From NCBI RefSeq assembly GCF_963676685.1, contig NC_092349.1, positions 75,392,001-75,456,000 of the forward strand: 64,000 nt of DNA. Reading direction: 5' to 3'. The position numbers and the translations under genes are program-made. Of the stretch, positions 27,301 through 40,800 are shown one piece after another. The notes below the pieces were generated by a model. That model saw only the letters and a program-made list of their open reading frames with translations. It did no database searches and was not told the origin of the DNA. Positions within the stretch are counted from its first letter, which is position 1. Every line of letters starts with the position of its first letter. The DNA is from Mytilus edulis (taxonomy: Eukaryota).

Positions 27301-29246
27301 GTTGGAATGTGGTGGTGGGGAAATCGCATATCTGCTATATACCACAGTTCATCTCAAAGCTTTTAAAAACAATTCCACTTTACCAATCAGAATGTAATCT
27401 TTTGTTGTATTTTGAGAACTTATGTTACTAATACTTTGCATCCATGTATTAAAATTGAATCAATTGATGATTTGAAAGGGAGAACTTTCTGTATAAAGTC
27501 AATACGTGTGTTGCATTTTGACGTCCACACTTTATATTGCCTTAGATACAAAAATAAAAGATTTGAAAACAATTCCAATAAATATTTTGGAAGTTAAGTC
27601 AAAACTTCTTGTTGACAAATTTTTATTCGTTATTACAAAAAAAGAATTTAAAATATATGTAATTTCTTCCCTATCAAGTTTATCCTATTACTTATTATGC
27701 GTGAAGTCACTGTTAATAAACAAAATGCAATTTATGGTTCGTTTATCTTTTTCATACTTGTATATTGTATAATCAGAATGTAACAAAAAGATTAACAGTC
27801 GATGTCTTATCTATTTATTTTCTCTTAATTTACAACACATTGTATCTGAAAATTTTGTCTTTTTTAAACTAACTTATGTTGTTTTTACATACATACACAC
27901 GTACACATCAATTCAGAATACATTTGAGCTGGATATCATTCATTTATCAATTATTAATTAAACTGTATCGTATGCCCTAAAACATGTCATTTCATGACGA
28001 GCAAGGCCGAAAAATATTCTACGCACGCCTACGCCAGATGTTGAGGCCAGATGAACTTATTGTTAACCAAGACACATATCTTAGTTTCATTAGAATGTTA
28101 TAATTACAATAAATCCAAAACAAAAGTCATAAGTAAATAAAGTCAAACTATGTTTGATCTGTCTATTGTTGGACATCAACATACAGTATAAACAAACGCT
28201 TTTTTGTTAATTTCGTTTACCTCACATATCGTGCTAGGCACGATAGATAAGGTGTGATAAATAAACCGATATTGGTATTGGAATGTTTGTTAACTTTTTT
28301 TTTGGTGTGAAACCATTAACAATCTTTAAGTTACAATTTGTATAACCAATACAAACGTCAACTGTGCAAAAAATATTGATTTACCTTGTCAAATATAACT
28401 GCTGCATGATGGCCTAGTCCAGTTAAATGTGTTGTTAGTTGTGTTGAAAATGCCACTGCAGTTGGAGGATTTTGTCTTTTCGTATCTGGAACATGCCATA
28501 TGAAAACAAACTTAAATTGGGCGTTTATGCATATTATACACAATTAGGTATTTTAACTTACCTGTTTATACATGATAAATCGAAAACTGTTTGGTGTAAC
28601 AATATCTTAGTTCCATTCAAAATACAACAGAGACATGTAAAACTTTTACATTTTACATTTACGATTAAACTACTGAAAAGTGTCATTAGGTGTTTCTAAA
28701 AATTCTTGCAAAAATTCCCATCAAAACAAGGACAGATAATTATATTGAATTTCCAACCTTTTTTTTAATTTGAAAAATATAAGGCCTGATACCCATATTT
28801 GTATTTGATATTTCGGAAGTATTAATAAAGAGCAATTATCTCATTGAAAGTAAACTAGGCAAATTTTTTCGTCAAAAATTCAAAGGTACCAGAAGAAGAA
28901 TTTTAACGTTTATGTCTCTAAAAAGTATCGTTAGATTCAATTTCATCATTTTCGAACACCGGTATTTTAGGTAAAATGATTGAGTAATTACACGTTTTTG
29001 GAATATCCAGCTATTCAAAAACGAGCAATAAAGTTACTGCTTTATGATTTAATCCAAACCTTTCATCGATTTACATTCGCTAATTTCCGTTTGAAGTTCC
29101 TTGTTTATAGACTGTTGTCTGTCGAGAAGTATCTCCAGTCTCTGTAGACGTGTTTCTGTGTGATTGGCATTTTCCTGCGACAGAACTGGTCCTATTTGCA
29201 ACAGTAACATAATCGAAAAGTGAATCTGGAGCATTTTTGTATTCAT
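24359..29246 (-). CDS. Secreted C1q-domain-containing protein (signal peptide, coiled coil, gC1q), 4 exons, 204 aa
   Basis: Exons 29246-29060, 28485-28385, 25599-25384, 24469-24359; all GT-AG with matching phases (1,0,0). gC1q hallmarks: VAFSTQL, VIFDKVILD...YNNGDGVFVVPISGFYVFTWT, TQIVVLKVNKSDHVWIR, DTYSGWILF. Confidence 0.95.
25870..27450 (+). pseudogene. Possible very ancient Helentron-like (PIF1 helicase + endonuclease) remnant in C1qDC intron 2
   Basis: Frameshifted peptides KVYNMT/NSVVLD and GPWYQNGMT resemble SF1 helicase motifs V/VI; downstream DDILIATKTY, EYQINGY and ISAIYHSSS resemble an EEP/APE endonuclease; many stops. Confidence 0.3.
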
Positions 29247-31734
29247 TTACATTACCATTCACGTATGGCTCAGAACGAAATGGTCTTATCTTGGATGGGA
29301 CAATCAGGTAAGGTTCTATTATAATCAAAAAGACCAGGTGGTCTGGTTTACACACACTACACTTTCATATTAATCTTGATATGCTAATTATTTGCAAAAC
29401 TAGTCTTTATTCTCTTCACAAGCTTATTTGCCATCCTAGCAAAATCTTACGTCAATGTTACAGGTTTTTGTTATGATCATTGTATTGTTCTTTTGTAGGA
29501 TTTTTATTTTCAAAATTTCATTAGTGTATTGCACATTCATGGTTGTATGTTGTATGGTGACTAAATAAAAATCATTTTTTTAAGTCACATTTTATTGTAA
29601 ACTTGAATTAGAATTTGATCCATCATCATCTCCCGCTGAGCCATTGAATAGAGTAAGTTGGCCTTCGCATATTATCCTATCACACTAAATTTAACGTAAA
29701 GTAAAATTACAAATATGTCAAACTCGTAAAAAATTCAAAATAGAAAGTCCTTTATCAAATAACAAAATCAAACGTTCAAACACATCAAACGAATAGAAAA
29801 TATCCTGACTAAATAAGTACAGACATTTTCTTATGCATAACATGGTGAAGTAAACTTGGTTGTATAACTGATTGGAATCATATTGAAGTATTATAATGCT
29901 AAGTAGTCTTGTACAAATCTGTGATTAAAACAAGAAGCTGTTAAGTTTTTGATAAACGTATATCACCTGGTGACAAAAGGTGTCTGTGAAACTACGAATG
30001 ACTTTATCAAAAACGAATTTTATAGTTTGCACTAATTATATAAATGTCATCTTGTTAACACCTACATGTGAATGACTAATTATATAACCTATTGTATCAC
30101 TTAATTCAAATCCAACAGAAACGTTATAAATCTGATGTATCCCTTAAAGATGTGTCAAGAAGTAATCGTGAATTTTATTTTGTTTTCTCCTGACACATTT
30201 GATGCACAGTGTATATATGTTCTTACGAACAGTCCATGTTTTTAAATTGAGTATTGAAAATTTCACATACTCCATCGTGGGATTGTCATAAATCGATTTA
30301 CAGAAAACAAACCCGACTTACAAACTAAAACCGAGGAAAACACATCAACTATAAAAGGAAAACAACGGAACAACAGAATCACAGAACTGCAACAAAAACA
30401 AACGCAAACATACATAGAAACTGACTACATATATTTAATAAAACTGACAATTGAAACGTTAAATACCAACGGTACGAATAGAAAACAACTTTTATTTTCA
30501 TGACTTTGTACGTGCATTTTCTGAAGAAAATAATGTGGTAAACCTGGTTTAATAGCTAATTTAACATTCGACGTGTATGTCACTTGTTCATAGTTCCATT
30601 GTACTGACATAATCTGGGTGAGTAACCCTAACAGACACAACATGTTAATGTGACAATGGTCGGGATACAGCAGTCAACTATGTGTCAATATAAATCACAG
30701 ACATACACACAATTGTTTTTAAAAGGTTAAGACATACATACGTTTTTATATAACGAAAAATACGTAGAAGTTGATAGGAATTTTACAAAGACGAAAACAA
30801 ACAAATTGCATAGTTAATAGTAAGTTGGCATAGACGCCGATACAAAAAATACTGTAGTTGATAGTACAAATAATATATAGCAAACAATATCTCGACAATG
30901 TAAACATAAATTAATAAAATAAATACAAGGGTAAAACGAACACAGTAAAATCATCTTGTGTGAAAATCGGACCAGTCCTAAGAACCAACCTGCACCAGGG
31001 ACACCCAAAGACAAAACAACCAATAGAGGGAGCATTAATACTGAGCTACGTCAATAGTGATACGACAAAAGTATTTAACAAAGCACACAGACAAACAAAG
31101 GGAAAATAATAAAAAGAAATAAAAGATATCCAACTTCTTCCCCTCAATATGTAACTCAAGATAATCTCTTTTTTTATTTGTGTATAACATCTTGGTACTT
31201 CCCAATTGCCTAATTGAGAGAAAAAAACGAGACGTTCTTTGACAAAACCCTATTTCATTAGTGTTTTGCTCGGACACTTCTGACGTTTTACAAAGCAGGA
31301 GTAGCAGCCACACGCTCTTGATTATCGTTTGAGTTGAGAAATTTATATTAAATACGAAGATAAAGTTGGTATGTTTAGGTTTAATTAACTCAGAATTTCA
31401 AAATTGAGATCGTCTCGTTTGTCGTATATTCTGTTGATGAGATGATCGCTGTTGTCACGTTCGAGGAGAATGTTTAGAAATGAGGTAGAGCTAAATCTGT
31501 GTTTTTTGTAATCTATCTCGAGTTGAGGTTGATATAATAACTGAACGAAATAAAAAAAAAAGGTTGGGTTATTAATGATCGTTAATGGAAAGAACATAAT
31601 CAACAATATACCATACTATTATTGGCGTCTTTGAGAAGTTACTATTGATTGGTTTAATTCGTGATGTGACACCTTCACAGTTATTTTCATCTATATACCA
31701 CAGCAACATAAATCATTTAGGAAGTTTAAATATA

Positions 31735-33955
31735 ATGAAACTCAATATCGAAAATAAACTGACAACGTCATGGCTAAAAAAGGAAAAAGACAAATAGACA
31801 AATAAAAGTACACAAGAAACAACATGGAAAACTAAAGATTGAGGAACACGAACCCAACCAAAACCTGGGGTTGATCTCAGGTGTTCCGGAAGGGTAAGGA
31901 GATCATGCTCCACATGTAGCACCCGTCGTGATGCTCATTTAATAACAAACCCGGTAAATAGTCTCATTCAGATGGTCAGATTCATGTTAAGGGAATGGGA
32001 TTGTAGTTACGACGTAAGAAACATATCCAATATCATCTGTGAAACGGCTATTAAATAACGGTCAACCAACTCGTGATGACGTTCGTAAAATTTACGAAGA
32101 GATTATTCAACTTCGGTTTAATAGCTTTCTTGTAAGCAGTAACCCTCTATCAAGGAAAGCATGATAGAAAATCCCAGCGCGGGAATAGTGTATCTATTGG
32201 GATATATATGTAGGACTCAAATCTATGGTGGATTCCAGATATATGGTGGATTCCAGATCTATGGTAGATTCCTAATCTATGGTAAATCTATGGTAGATAT
32301 GACGTCAAGTCATTCCAAGTCTATGGCGGGTGTTTTAGAATCCTAATCTATGGCGGATTTTTTTAGATTCCTAATCTATAGCGGATTAACTAATTACATG
32401 TATATCTATTTGACCGTTAGTTAATATAAATATTTTGTAAATGATGACCGTATACAGTCATTCGACATATTGATAGCGAAAAATAAAATTAATGTCTATT
32501 AGAAATCTAGATCTATGACATATTTATTTTTTTCGTATCTAATAAAAAAGATTATTCGCTACAATAGTACAGGTAGTCACTGTTACATAACTGACAATAT
32601 ACTGTTGTTATGTTACATATAAAATAAAATAAAAGAGACCAAAGGGATACAAAAAATAACATGAAAACAGCAAACACAAACCAAAATGCTCAGTAACAAC
32701 TTGTATAATCAAAGGTGAGAGCACCATAAGAAACACCAGAAGAGAAAACAAGGCCTGAAACAAACACAATTCTCAAATATTATCTGTTTATAGATAAGGG
32801 TCCCTTGCAAACTTGCTTTTTTCTTCTTCTGTATTGCATTGTATAATTGTATAACAAAACCGTCCCGGTTAGCGGCAGCTTTGACGCTACATGACGTTAT
32901 TTAATTGTGACGAAAAATAGCGTAATTTCAAAATCTGACATAGATTTGTGATTTGTTCGGCATTTGAGACATCATATTTACCATATATTGGGAATTTCCC
33001 ATAGATCTTGAACCCGCCATAGATTTGAGTCCTACATATATTCTTCATATGCAGGCGGTGCTGGAATGTTGCTACATAGAATTCAATGAGAGAACATCAT
33101 CTATATAGCGGAAAGTAAAGTTCAAGGATATTGTTAACTTCTGATTTTTCATCCTAAAATTTCCTGTATGAAGTCAGTTGTATAATAATAAAGAAACAAG
33201 TCGGCAAGAAGAGGGTACAACTTGTTCCAATTGGAATTCCGACGGCTTGGTGAAAAACACGTCCTCCAAACGTAACAAATATGTTTTCAATCAAGAAATC
33301 AAGCATCTTGATAATGTCAGTTTCAGAGATTTTTTTGTTTGAATCAGTGTGACCCTTCACAATGTAGGATGTATCCCTCCCTAAGACAAGATACTTGTAT
33401 TTACGTTTGTCATTCTTTTTCATGAAACAAAGCAATACCAGCTCTTTCAATTTGTCTTTTAGTTTGGAATGGGGCATGTAAAGTGTAGAAAAGTCAAATG
33501 TGTTAATATTATTGCAAGATGAAAAAGTCTTAGATTGTATTTACTCTCAAAGATCTTTGTATTTTTTTTAGTATCCACATCTTATTCACACCACCTATAG
33601 AATATGCAGTTTCACAATAACTTTGAAGCCCAGGTTTGAATGCTGATAAAATAGATGTTAATAATTTAGAAAGAGGAAGATCCAGCAATAAACTGTTGTT
33701 TGTAAGGACACTTATGTGGTTTAGGTATCCAATACAGTGATGGAAAATCTAGAACAGACCTATGATTACCCAGGATTTCCTCTTTGGTAAGTGTGATGAG
33801 GGTATATGTTGTGTTTCCAAGTGAATTGTTAATACCCAATTCATTTATCAAGCAGTTTATGTAATGAGTTTTGCAGACAAAAACGATGTTGTTTGAGGCT
33901 TTATCTAAGGGGACAACAACATATTTGCATTATTTTGGTCTTAAAAGATTGACGT
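31735..33955 (-). mobile_element. Penelope-like retroelement, 3' part (RT to 3' end); continues at 56339-57120
   Basis: PSLYWIPKPHKCPYKQQFIAGS, PHSKLKDKLKELV, MLDFLIENIFVTFGGRVFHQAVGIPIGTSC, CSNIPAPPAY; its 3' end is the reverse complement of 3780-3985. Confidence 0.85.
32209..33036. mobile_element. MITE with 20-bp TIRs in a TA site inside the Penelope-like element
   Basis: TA|TGTAGGACTCAAATCTATGG ... CCATAGATTTGAGTCCTACA|TA; subterminal 18-bp repeats atctatggtggattccag; the host reading frame resumes across it. Confidence 0.85.
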
Positions 33956-34185
33956 TGAGATAAGGTGATTAAGGGGCATCGAACGATATCCACGGAACTC
34001 TTCGTGCTCCTTAAATATTGTTTAAATAACCAAAGAAATACTTGTCTAAGATCACAAATGTGTATAGTGTTACAGAAAACAACAATCAGGAAAGTTAGAA
34101 AAGTATATTTAACAATTTAACAAACGCTTAAAACCGTAAATTTAATATAATTATCCAACCAGTCAAGTAAACCAAAACAAACAAC

Positions 34186-35379
34186 ATGGCTGACATCAAC
34201 TCATATTCCGATGTGGTTTCACAACCAGCATATCATAAACATACCAACTTTTACCCGATACATGAAGGTCTTGAGGAACTGAGGTCAGTAAAACCGGTAT
34301 TCATTTTAGAAACAGATTTATTTGGCAATACAGAACTCCAACAAAAAGACTTCTTACAACATGAAGAAGTCTACAAAAGTATCGGTTCAGAGGTACCCAG
34401 ATTCCAAATGAAAGGGTTACAAAGAGTCTAGGGAATGTGGCGTATTTATCTTGCACAAGAACTAGCAAGAGATCACCTCCTTACAAGGGTGTATCTATAC
34501 GTAATAAACTTTTAACAGTATATGATAAAAACCCAAGAATCCCTCAAGCTGAGCAACACCCAGAATACCTCCGAGTACGTGTGTCCAACATTCCACTATC
34601 AGCTGAGGACGGTATGATCTTCTCGTTCTTCCAATCTAATGGCGTAGTCGTTACTAGCTATTTCAGAGAGAGAGTGAGAATAGATGGCGAAATGACTGAC
34701 TGCCAATCTGGAGACAGAATCTTTTATGTCGAACCATTGGAGGGCACACTACCAAGATTCACAAGGATAAGCAAGTACAATGCCAAAATATATTACAAAG
34801 GCCAAATCTACATAAATGCACATATATCTTGTCAAAAATGCCTGAAAAAGGGACACAAACAAGACAAATGCCAAAACGATTGGGTTTGTAATGAATGTGG
34901 AAAAGAAGGGCATAAAGCAAAAGAATGCCAAACTCCTAGTACAGCAACACCAGGCAATGAAACTCCTAGTAAAGCAACATCAGACAATGAGGCAAATAAA
35001 ACAGATGACCAGTCTGATTCTAGTGAAAGTGAAAGTGGGGAAGAGACTGACATTGGTGATCATGTTGATCACAGTGAAACCCCACCTTCACAGTCCATAT
35101 TGCTACCTACAGAAGCAATAACAGCAACAACAACAGCTATCAGTAAAGTCATCACAGAAATTGATCCTGATTTACAGGAGAAAAAAAACAAGAAAAAAGA
35201 AAAACAAAGACAAAACAAAAAACAAGCCAAAAGTTGAATCAAAGGGACCAATTGACAAATTCATTGTAAACCCTGAATCAACAACACCAGTACACAAACA
35301 GGGGAAAAGACCAGCAACAACCCCTACAGATGAATATCACAACAGACAAACTGATTCAAGTAAATCTTCAAAAACATAG
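34186..35379 (+). pseudogene. LINE ORF1 (gag-like, two CCHC zinc knuckles), disrupted
   Basis: KGLQRV*GMWRIYL, RVRVSNIPLS, CQKCLKKGHKQDKC, CNECGKEGHKAKEC; one stop plus frameshifts. Confidence 0.88.
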
Positions 35380-37128
35380 ATACAAGAACAGTTTCCATAT
35401 TCCATTTCCTTTCAAAATATATTATCCACACAACAATGCCTAAGTCAATGGACACAATAATTTGTACTTGTACAAATATCTGTATATACTCCTATTTTAT
35501 ATATGTTTATAAAAAACAATTAAAAAAATATGTGGCAGTGTATGATACAATAACATTAGATTGTATATACTCTGCACAAAACAAATAGAGCAATAAAGTC
35601 TATATAGATTGTTGTCAATATAATATGTATAGATCAATGAAACGACTCCTTTTTTTCATATGAAATAACTAGTATAAACGGACTGCAATAAATTTTGATA
35701 CTCTGCAATTTTCATTCTCAAAATGAATTGTTTTGAATCTTTGCAAAATGGCTAAAAATCTAGGTTTTTTGGCCTGAAATCTAGGAGTTTTAACAACTTC
35801 ATATCAATTTGCATCATGTCGGAAAATCAATTTCTTTTTGTTTAGAAAAAATGCATCAAGCTTTTAAATACTACAGCTTAATTCAATTTTTCTTAGAAAT
35901 AAAGTCAATTCTCATCATCCTTCAAATGCATCCTGCAATAAAAAAAAAGAAACGAATAATATACATACTAAAATTTTAGAATTCCTTTTTGTAAGTTGTA
36001 TTTTATATTTTGAATTATACAATAAACTAAATTTTTAGCCTACTGAAATTTTACATTCAAAACTCAGTGCTAAATTTTTAGCTTTCAAAGATTCTCATTT
36101 CAATGATATTGGCTCGAGATTTAACCGTTTGAGCAATTTGGACAAGAACAGTTAATACATGAACAAAAATGCTAAATTTTTAGTAAAAAAAAATATAACA
36201 TTTTGCTCGAAAAATTGCAATTTGTTTTTATTGTAATATAGTTAATTGTAAATTATAAGCCTGGTACCTTTGAAAAGTATCTATATCCGATTTTTGAGAT
36301 GATATTTAGCGACTTTAGCAATCATATTTTACTTTGATAAGGAAAATCACGCATAAGAGTTTACATTTAAGTTTTGAATCAAGCACTTAAACGTACCGCA
36401 TTTCTCACAAAATTCATAAATTGGCATCAACATGCTTAATAGTCTATCATCAACTTATACTTATCGACATTTGGTGGGATTTTATTGCTCAATCTGTAGG
36501 TATGATGTGGTTTGAGAAGGTTTGGTATTCTTTTCGATATTTCACGTTTTTTGACACGATATTGTCGATGTTTTCGCCAATTGAATTCTGAGTTTGCCTT
36601 GGGCATCAGCAGCCTGTTACTATACTATAACTATATTATGTCCCAGACAGTATTTATATTGTACAGATTGGGAACAAACCCCCTGTATGGTGATTATACC
36701 TTGTGGTATACTTATTTCCTTTAAATAAAATTCTTTTATATTATGAGAACACAAACAGTTGATGTTTTATCATATTACAAAGAGTCACAACAACTTTGCG
36801 CCATTTAGTAATCATAATCAGTCTTCGTCCTTCAAATCCTTTAATTACATCCAATGAATTTAGGAAATGTCAAACGTTTACGTGATTTTTACATTTAAAG
36901 CGCCTTTATGATTAACATTTTGTCTCTAAAATGCTTGAATAATTGTATCCCTTTTAGATTATTTTGTTCTTTAATAATGTTACAGCTTCAATCAAAAACA
37001 ATTTTTTTTTTTAAACTGTTCCGAAGTTAAAAGATTCTCTAGACACATATTTATGATATATCAGCTATGCAAGTTCACCATTCTAGTTTGAATTAAGAAC
37101 ATTTAACTTAAGCTTCTTATCAGTATGC

Positions 37129-37263
37129 ATAGGCGGATCCAGGGGGGCCTGTGGGCCCGCCCCCACCCTTTCGTGGAAAAAATTTGATTGATTATATAGG
37201 GAATCACTGAAGCATGACTGGAGCCCCCCCCCCTTTTATGAAAAGTTCTGGATCCGCCACTGG
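37129..37263. mobile_element. Short GC-rich MITE
   Basis: ggcggatccagg ... ctggatccgccactg inverted ends; relatives at ~2235, 57506, 57665, 60470 and 61326. Confidence 0.65.
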
Positions 37264-37867
37264 TATGCATATGAAGATCAATACTAGAGATTAGTGAGAA
37301 ACAAAACATAGAAAACAATGTGCACTTAAGTCATGTAAACAGTGCATATGTATACGATATCAGTTTGTGTTATAGTGCGTAACAAGATTTTGTGAGGGAA
37401 TTCATTGTTTGCTATTATACCATGGTTCAGTTAAAGGCATTTTATGATAAGTCCAGAGACATGTATACTAAACTTATTTATATGTCTCTGGATAAGACCA
37501 ATAAAGTAATTAGAATGAACATTCTGGCATTATTTTAAAAAATGATTTAGCTATGAATGAATGTAACATTTGTCAAAAACATACCCTTTTAAAAAGAAAA
37601 TGTCTGTATAAAGTCAATAGTTTTGTTGACTTTTGAAGCCCAAACTTTGAATAGCTATATTTACTCTAATGAGTGATCTAAAAACTATATTCAGACAGAC
37701 ATATAGGTTAATGAAACTCTAGCAAAAAGTTGAATCAATTATTTTTTTGTTATGGTACGAAATTGCAGGTACGAAATGGTTATAGTACGAAATGACTACA
37801 ATTCACACAAATCCAACACTGTTTCTCTCCCCTTACATACACAACTCGGCCGATTCCGTACCTCCAG

Positions 37868-40800
37868 ATGGATCTACCATGTGTACAGGATAGAGAATCT
37901 CCGTCAATTTCGGAGGCAAACAGTCTCGATGACATATGCTTTCCGACTGATGAGCACGAAGATGATAATATTTCTTCGCCATCTAGTTCATTCTCCAGGC
38001 AAAACAAGAGACGCAGGTTAAGTCCCAGGTTAAACTATAACAATTACGTTTCAAACTCAAAGTATCATATTCCACAATTCGTGTCTTCTTGGAAGTTATA
38101 CCACGCTGAAAGATTACACATTTTTTATTCCAAGTGTTACACCGAAACTCCAAATGATTTACTTAATTTATTGGACAAGACAATTGAACCCTTTTCACAT
38201 CAACAAAAGTATTATATTGAAAGAATTAAATCATTTCTAAAATTTGAATCTTGTGAGCCTGGAGTATCCCGGAGCCGATCGAGTGTTTTTTTAAGGGACA
38301 TATACATCAGATTGGAACCTGTATTTGGTGAAATTATCAAGGAGCTTCGTTCTATCTTTGAAGGAGGATACAAGGCTAAAAATTCAAATCCTGATTATTA
38401 TCACATGTGAGTTCACAATGGTTTCAATAGTTTTGACTTTTAAAAGAAGGTGGCTACTTGTTTTTTTTTTTTTAGTGGGGAGTATAGGCCCCCAGCCTCT
38501 AAACTCATCAATTCATGATTCAAGATAAATGATGGGACACGATTGTATTTCATAAACCACTAATATATATATATTTTTGTTTTCAATTAAAAAATCAAAC
38601 GATGAATGCATATTTTTTTGTGTACCCATCTGTCCCTACTAGAAAACAAAAAATACATGTGTCCCTGCCCGTCCCTACTAAAAAATTGCACAGTTTCTTT
38701 TTTATTTTTATAATGTGGAAGTACAAAATATACATCAGCGGGGTTAAACGGCCACAAAAGAGACAGACAGATGAGGTTTCCGTGAATATGACTTTATGAG
38801 AAAACTAAACGGTCTAATTATTCTGCCGAATGGGAACGTGAAAGACCCTGGCTAGGCGATAGGGATGACGTAATGGTGTGTTCTGCATGCAAAGTTCACA
38901 GTGACACAAAAACTAATTCATTTGTAACTTGGTGTAAAATCTACAAATTAGATTGTGCTATTAAGCATGAGAGATCGAACAATCATGAAAAATCAGAAAA
39001 GACCAAGACTGAATTCAAGTCTACTTTATTTTCAAAAACTTGTAGAATAGCAAGAACAATCTTTGTGCCATGAACAAGTTCTAAAATGTTGTTAGCACAG
39101 TTTTAATTAAATGCATGTAGTTAACATATAAAACCTTTATTTCACTTGATTATTACTCCAAACTGTGTAGTAGTTGTAGTTCATGTAGTTGTACAATGTA
39201 GCTGAAATATTGCCCAAGTTGGTTTTAAACAACATTCAATCAACCAAAAAGTAGAGAATATACATGTAGTATATATAAATCTATACTCTCAGGGTGTAAG
39301 GTACATGTATTATAATTTCTTTTTTATCTTTTTAGAGATGTCTTGGCAAGTTATAGGGTATTTGAATTTATTGAAGAACTTTCAATCCTGCTAAAATTGT
39401 TTCAAGACAAATACAATCAATTGCAAGAGGTTGCTGAAACCTATTACATTCCTCTATGTCAAAGTTTTGCCCAGATGTGTCATTTAAAAGTGCAGTAAGT
39501 ATAAGTAGTATTAACATTTCATTTTTTTGCCATCACTTTGCGTCCGTCGTCTGTCCGTGTAGTCTTCCGTCCATCCCTCAAAATTTTACACATTTTAATT
39601 GTCTCCTCTGAAACCACTGGGCAATGGTATTTGGTATGATGTTGCATTATCATCAGTACATCTCAGTTTCATGCTTGTACTGAAGCCCTACCTCCTCAGT
39701 CAAAGTCTAGTGTCAGAAATTAATACACAGTTTCTACCTGTTCTATGTTAAATTTTCTGATTAGGTCAGTTCAAAAGAAACTCCTTATGATTGGTCAGTG
39801 CTTTTTTTTATCATGTTGCATTATCATCAGTACATCTCAGTTTCATGCTTGTACTGATGCCCCACCCCCTCAGTCAAAGTCTAGTGTCAGAAATTAATAC
39901 ACAGTTTCTACATGTTCTATGTTAAGTTTTCTGATTAGGTCAGTTCAATAGAAACTCCTTATGATTGATTAGTGCTATTTTTTATCATGTTGCATTATCA
40001 TCAGTACATCTCAGTTTCATGCAGGTTGTGAGGCCCTACCCCCTCAGTCATGGTCCACTGACTTTGAAATTGCCACAAAGTGTATGTTAAGTTTTGTGAT
40101 TAGGTCAGTTCAAAAGGAACTACTTATGATAGCTATAGGTTAGTGATATTTGGTATGATATTGCATTAGCGTGTGTACATTTCATTTTCATGCAGGTTGT
40201 GAGGTCCTGCTGAAAAAAACCCTCAAATTAAATATTCCCATTAATAGTGCAGTCAATATCAATCAAGGATTTGAAAATTGTATCAAAGGGGTTTTGTAAT
40301 TTTTTCACTCTTAAATATACACAGTCTAAAATAAACTTTGCTGCAAAGCAGGCGAGACAGATGTCTGTGATAACAGTTTATTCAATTATTGCTATCACAT
40401 TGTGTATTATTGGGATTTTTCATCTGATTCTGATGCCGTTTTTTTTTTTTTTTTTAATTTATTTCCTTATTGCAAGACTTTTCGGTAGTATACCAACTTC
40501 ATGTGAGTCTTACTATTTCAGAGATATAAGGGATCAGTTTTCAATTTTTGTATAATTGTATAATACTGGAATTTGGAATCAAGGTATACAATGGTATATA
40601 AACATTGGGTTTTAGTGTAGCAGATACTGGTAACTCTTATTTTACTGGTGACATCCCATTAGTCCGACAACCATTATTCCGACATCCCATTACTCCGACA
40701 GCCCATTACTCTGACAGCCCAATACTCCGACAGCCCATTATTCCGACAGCCCATTATTCCGACAGCCCAATACTCCGACAGCCCAATACTCCGACAACTC

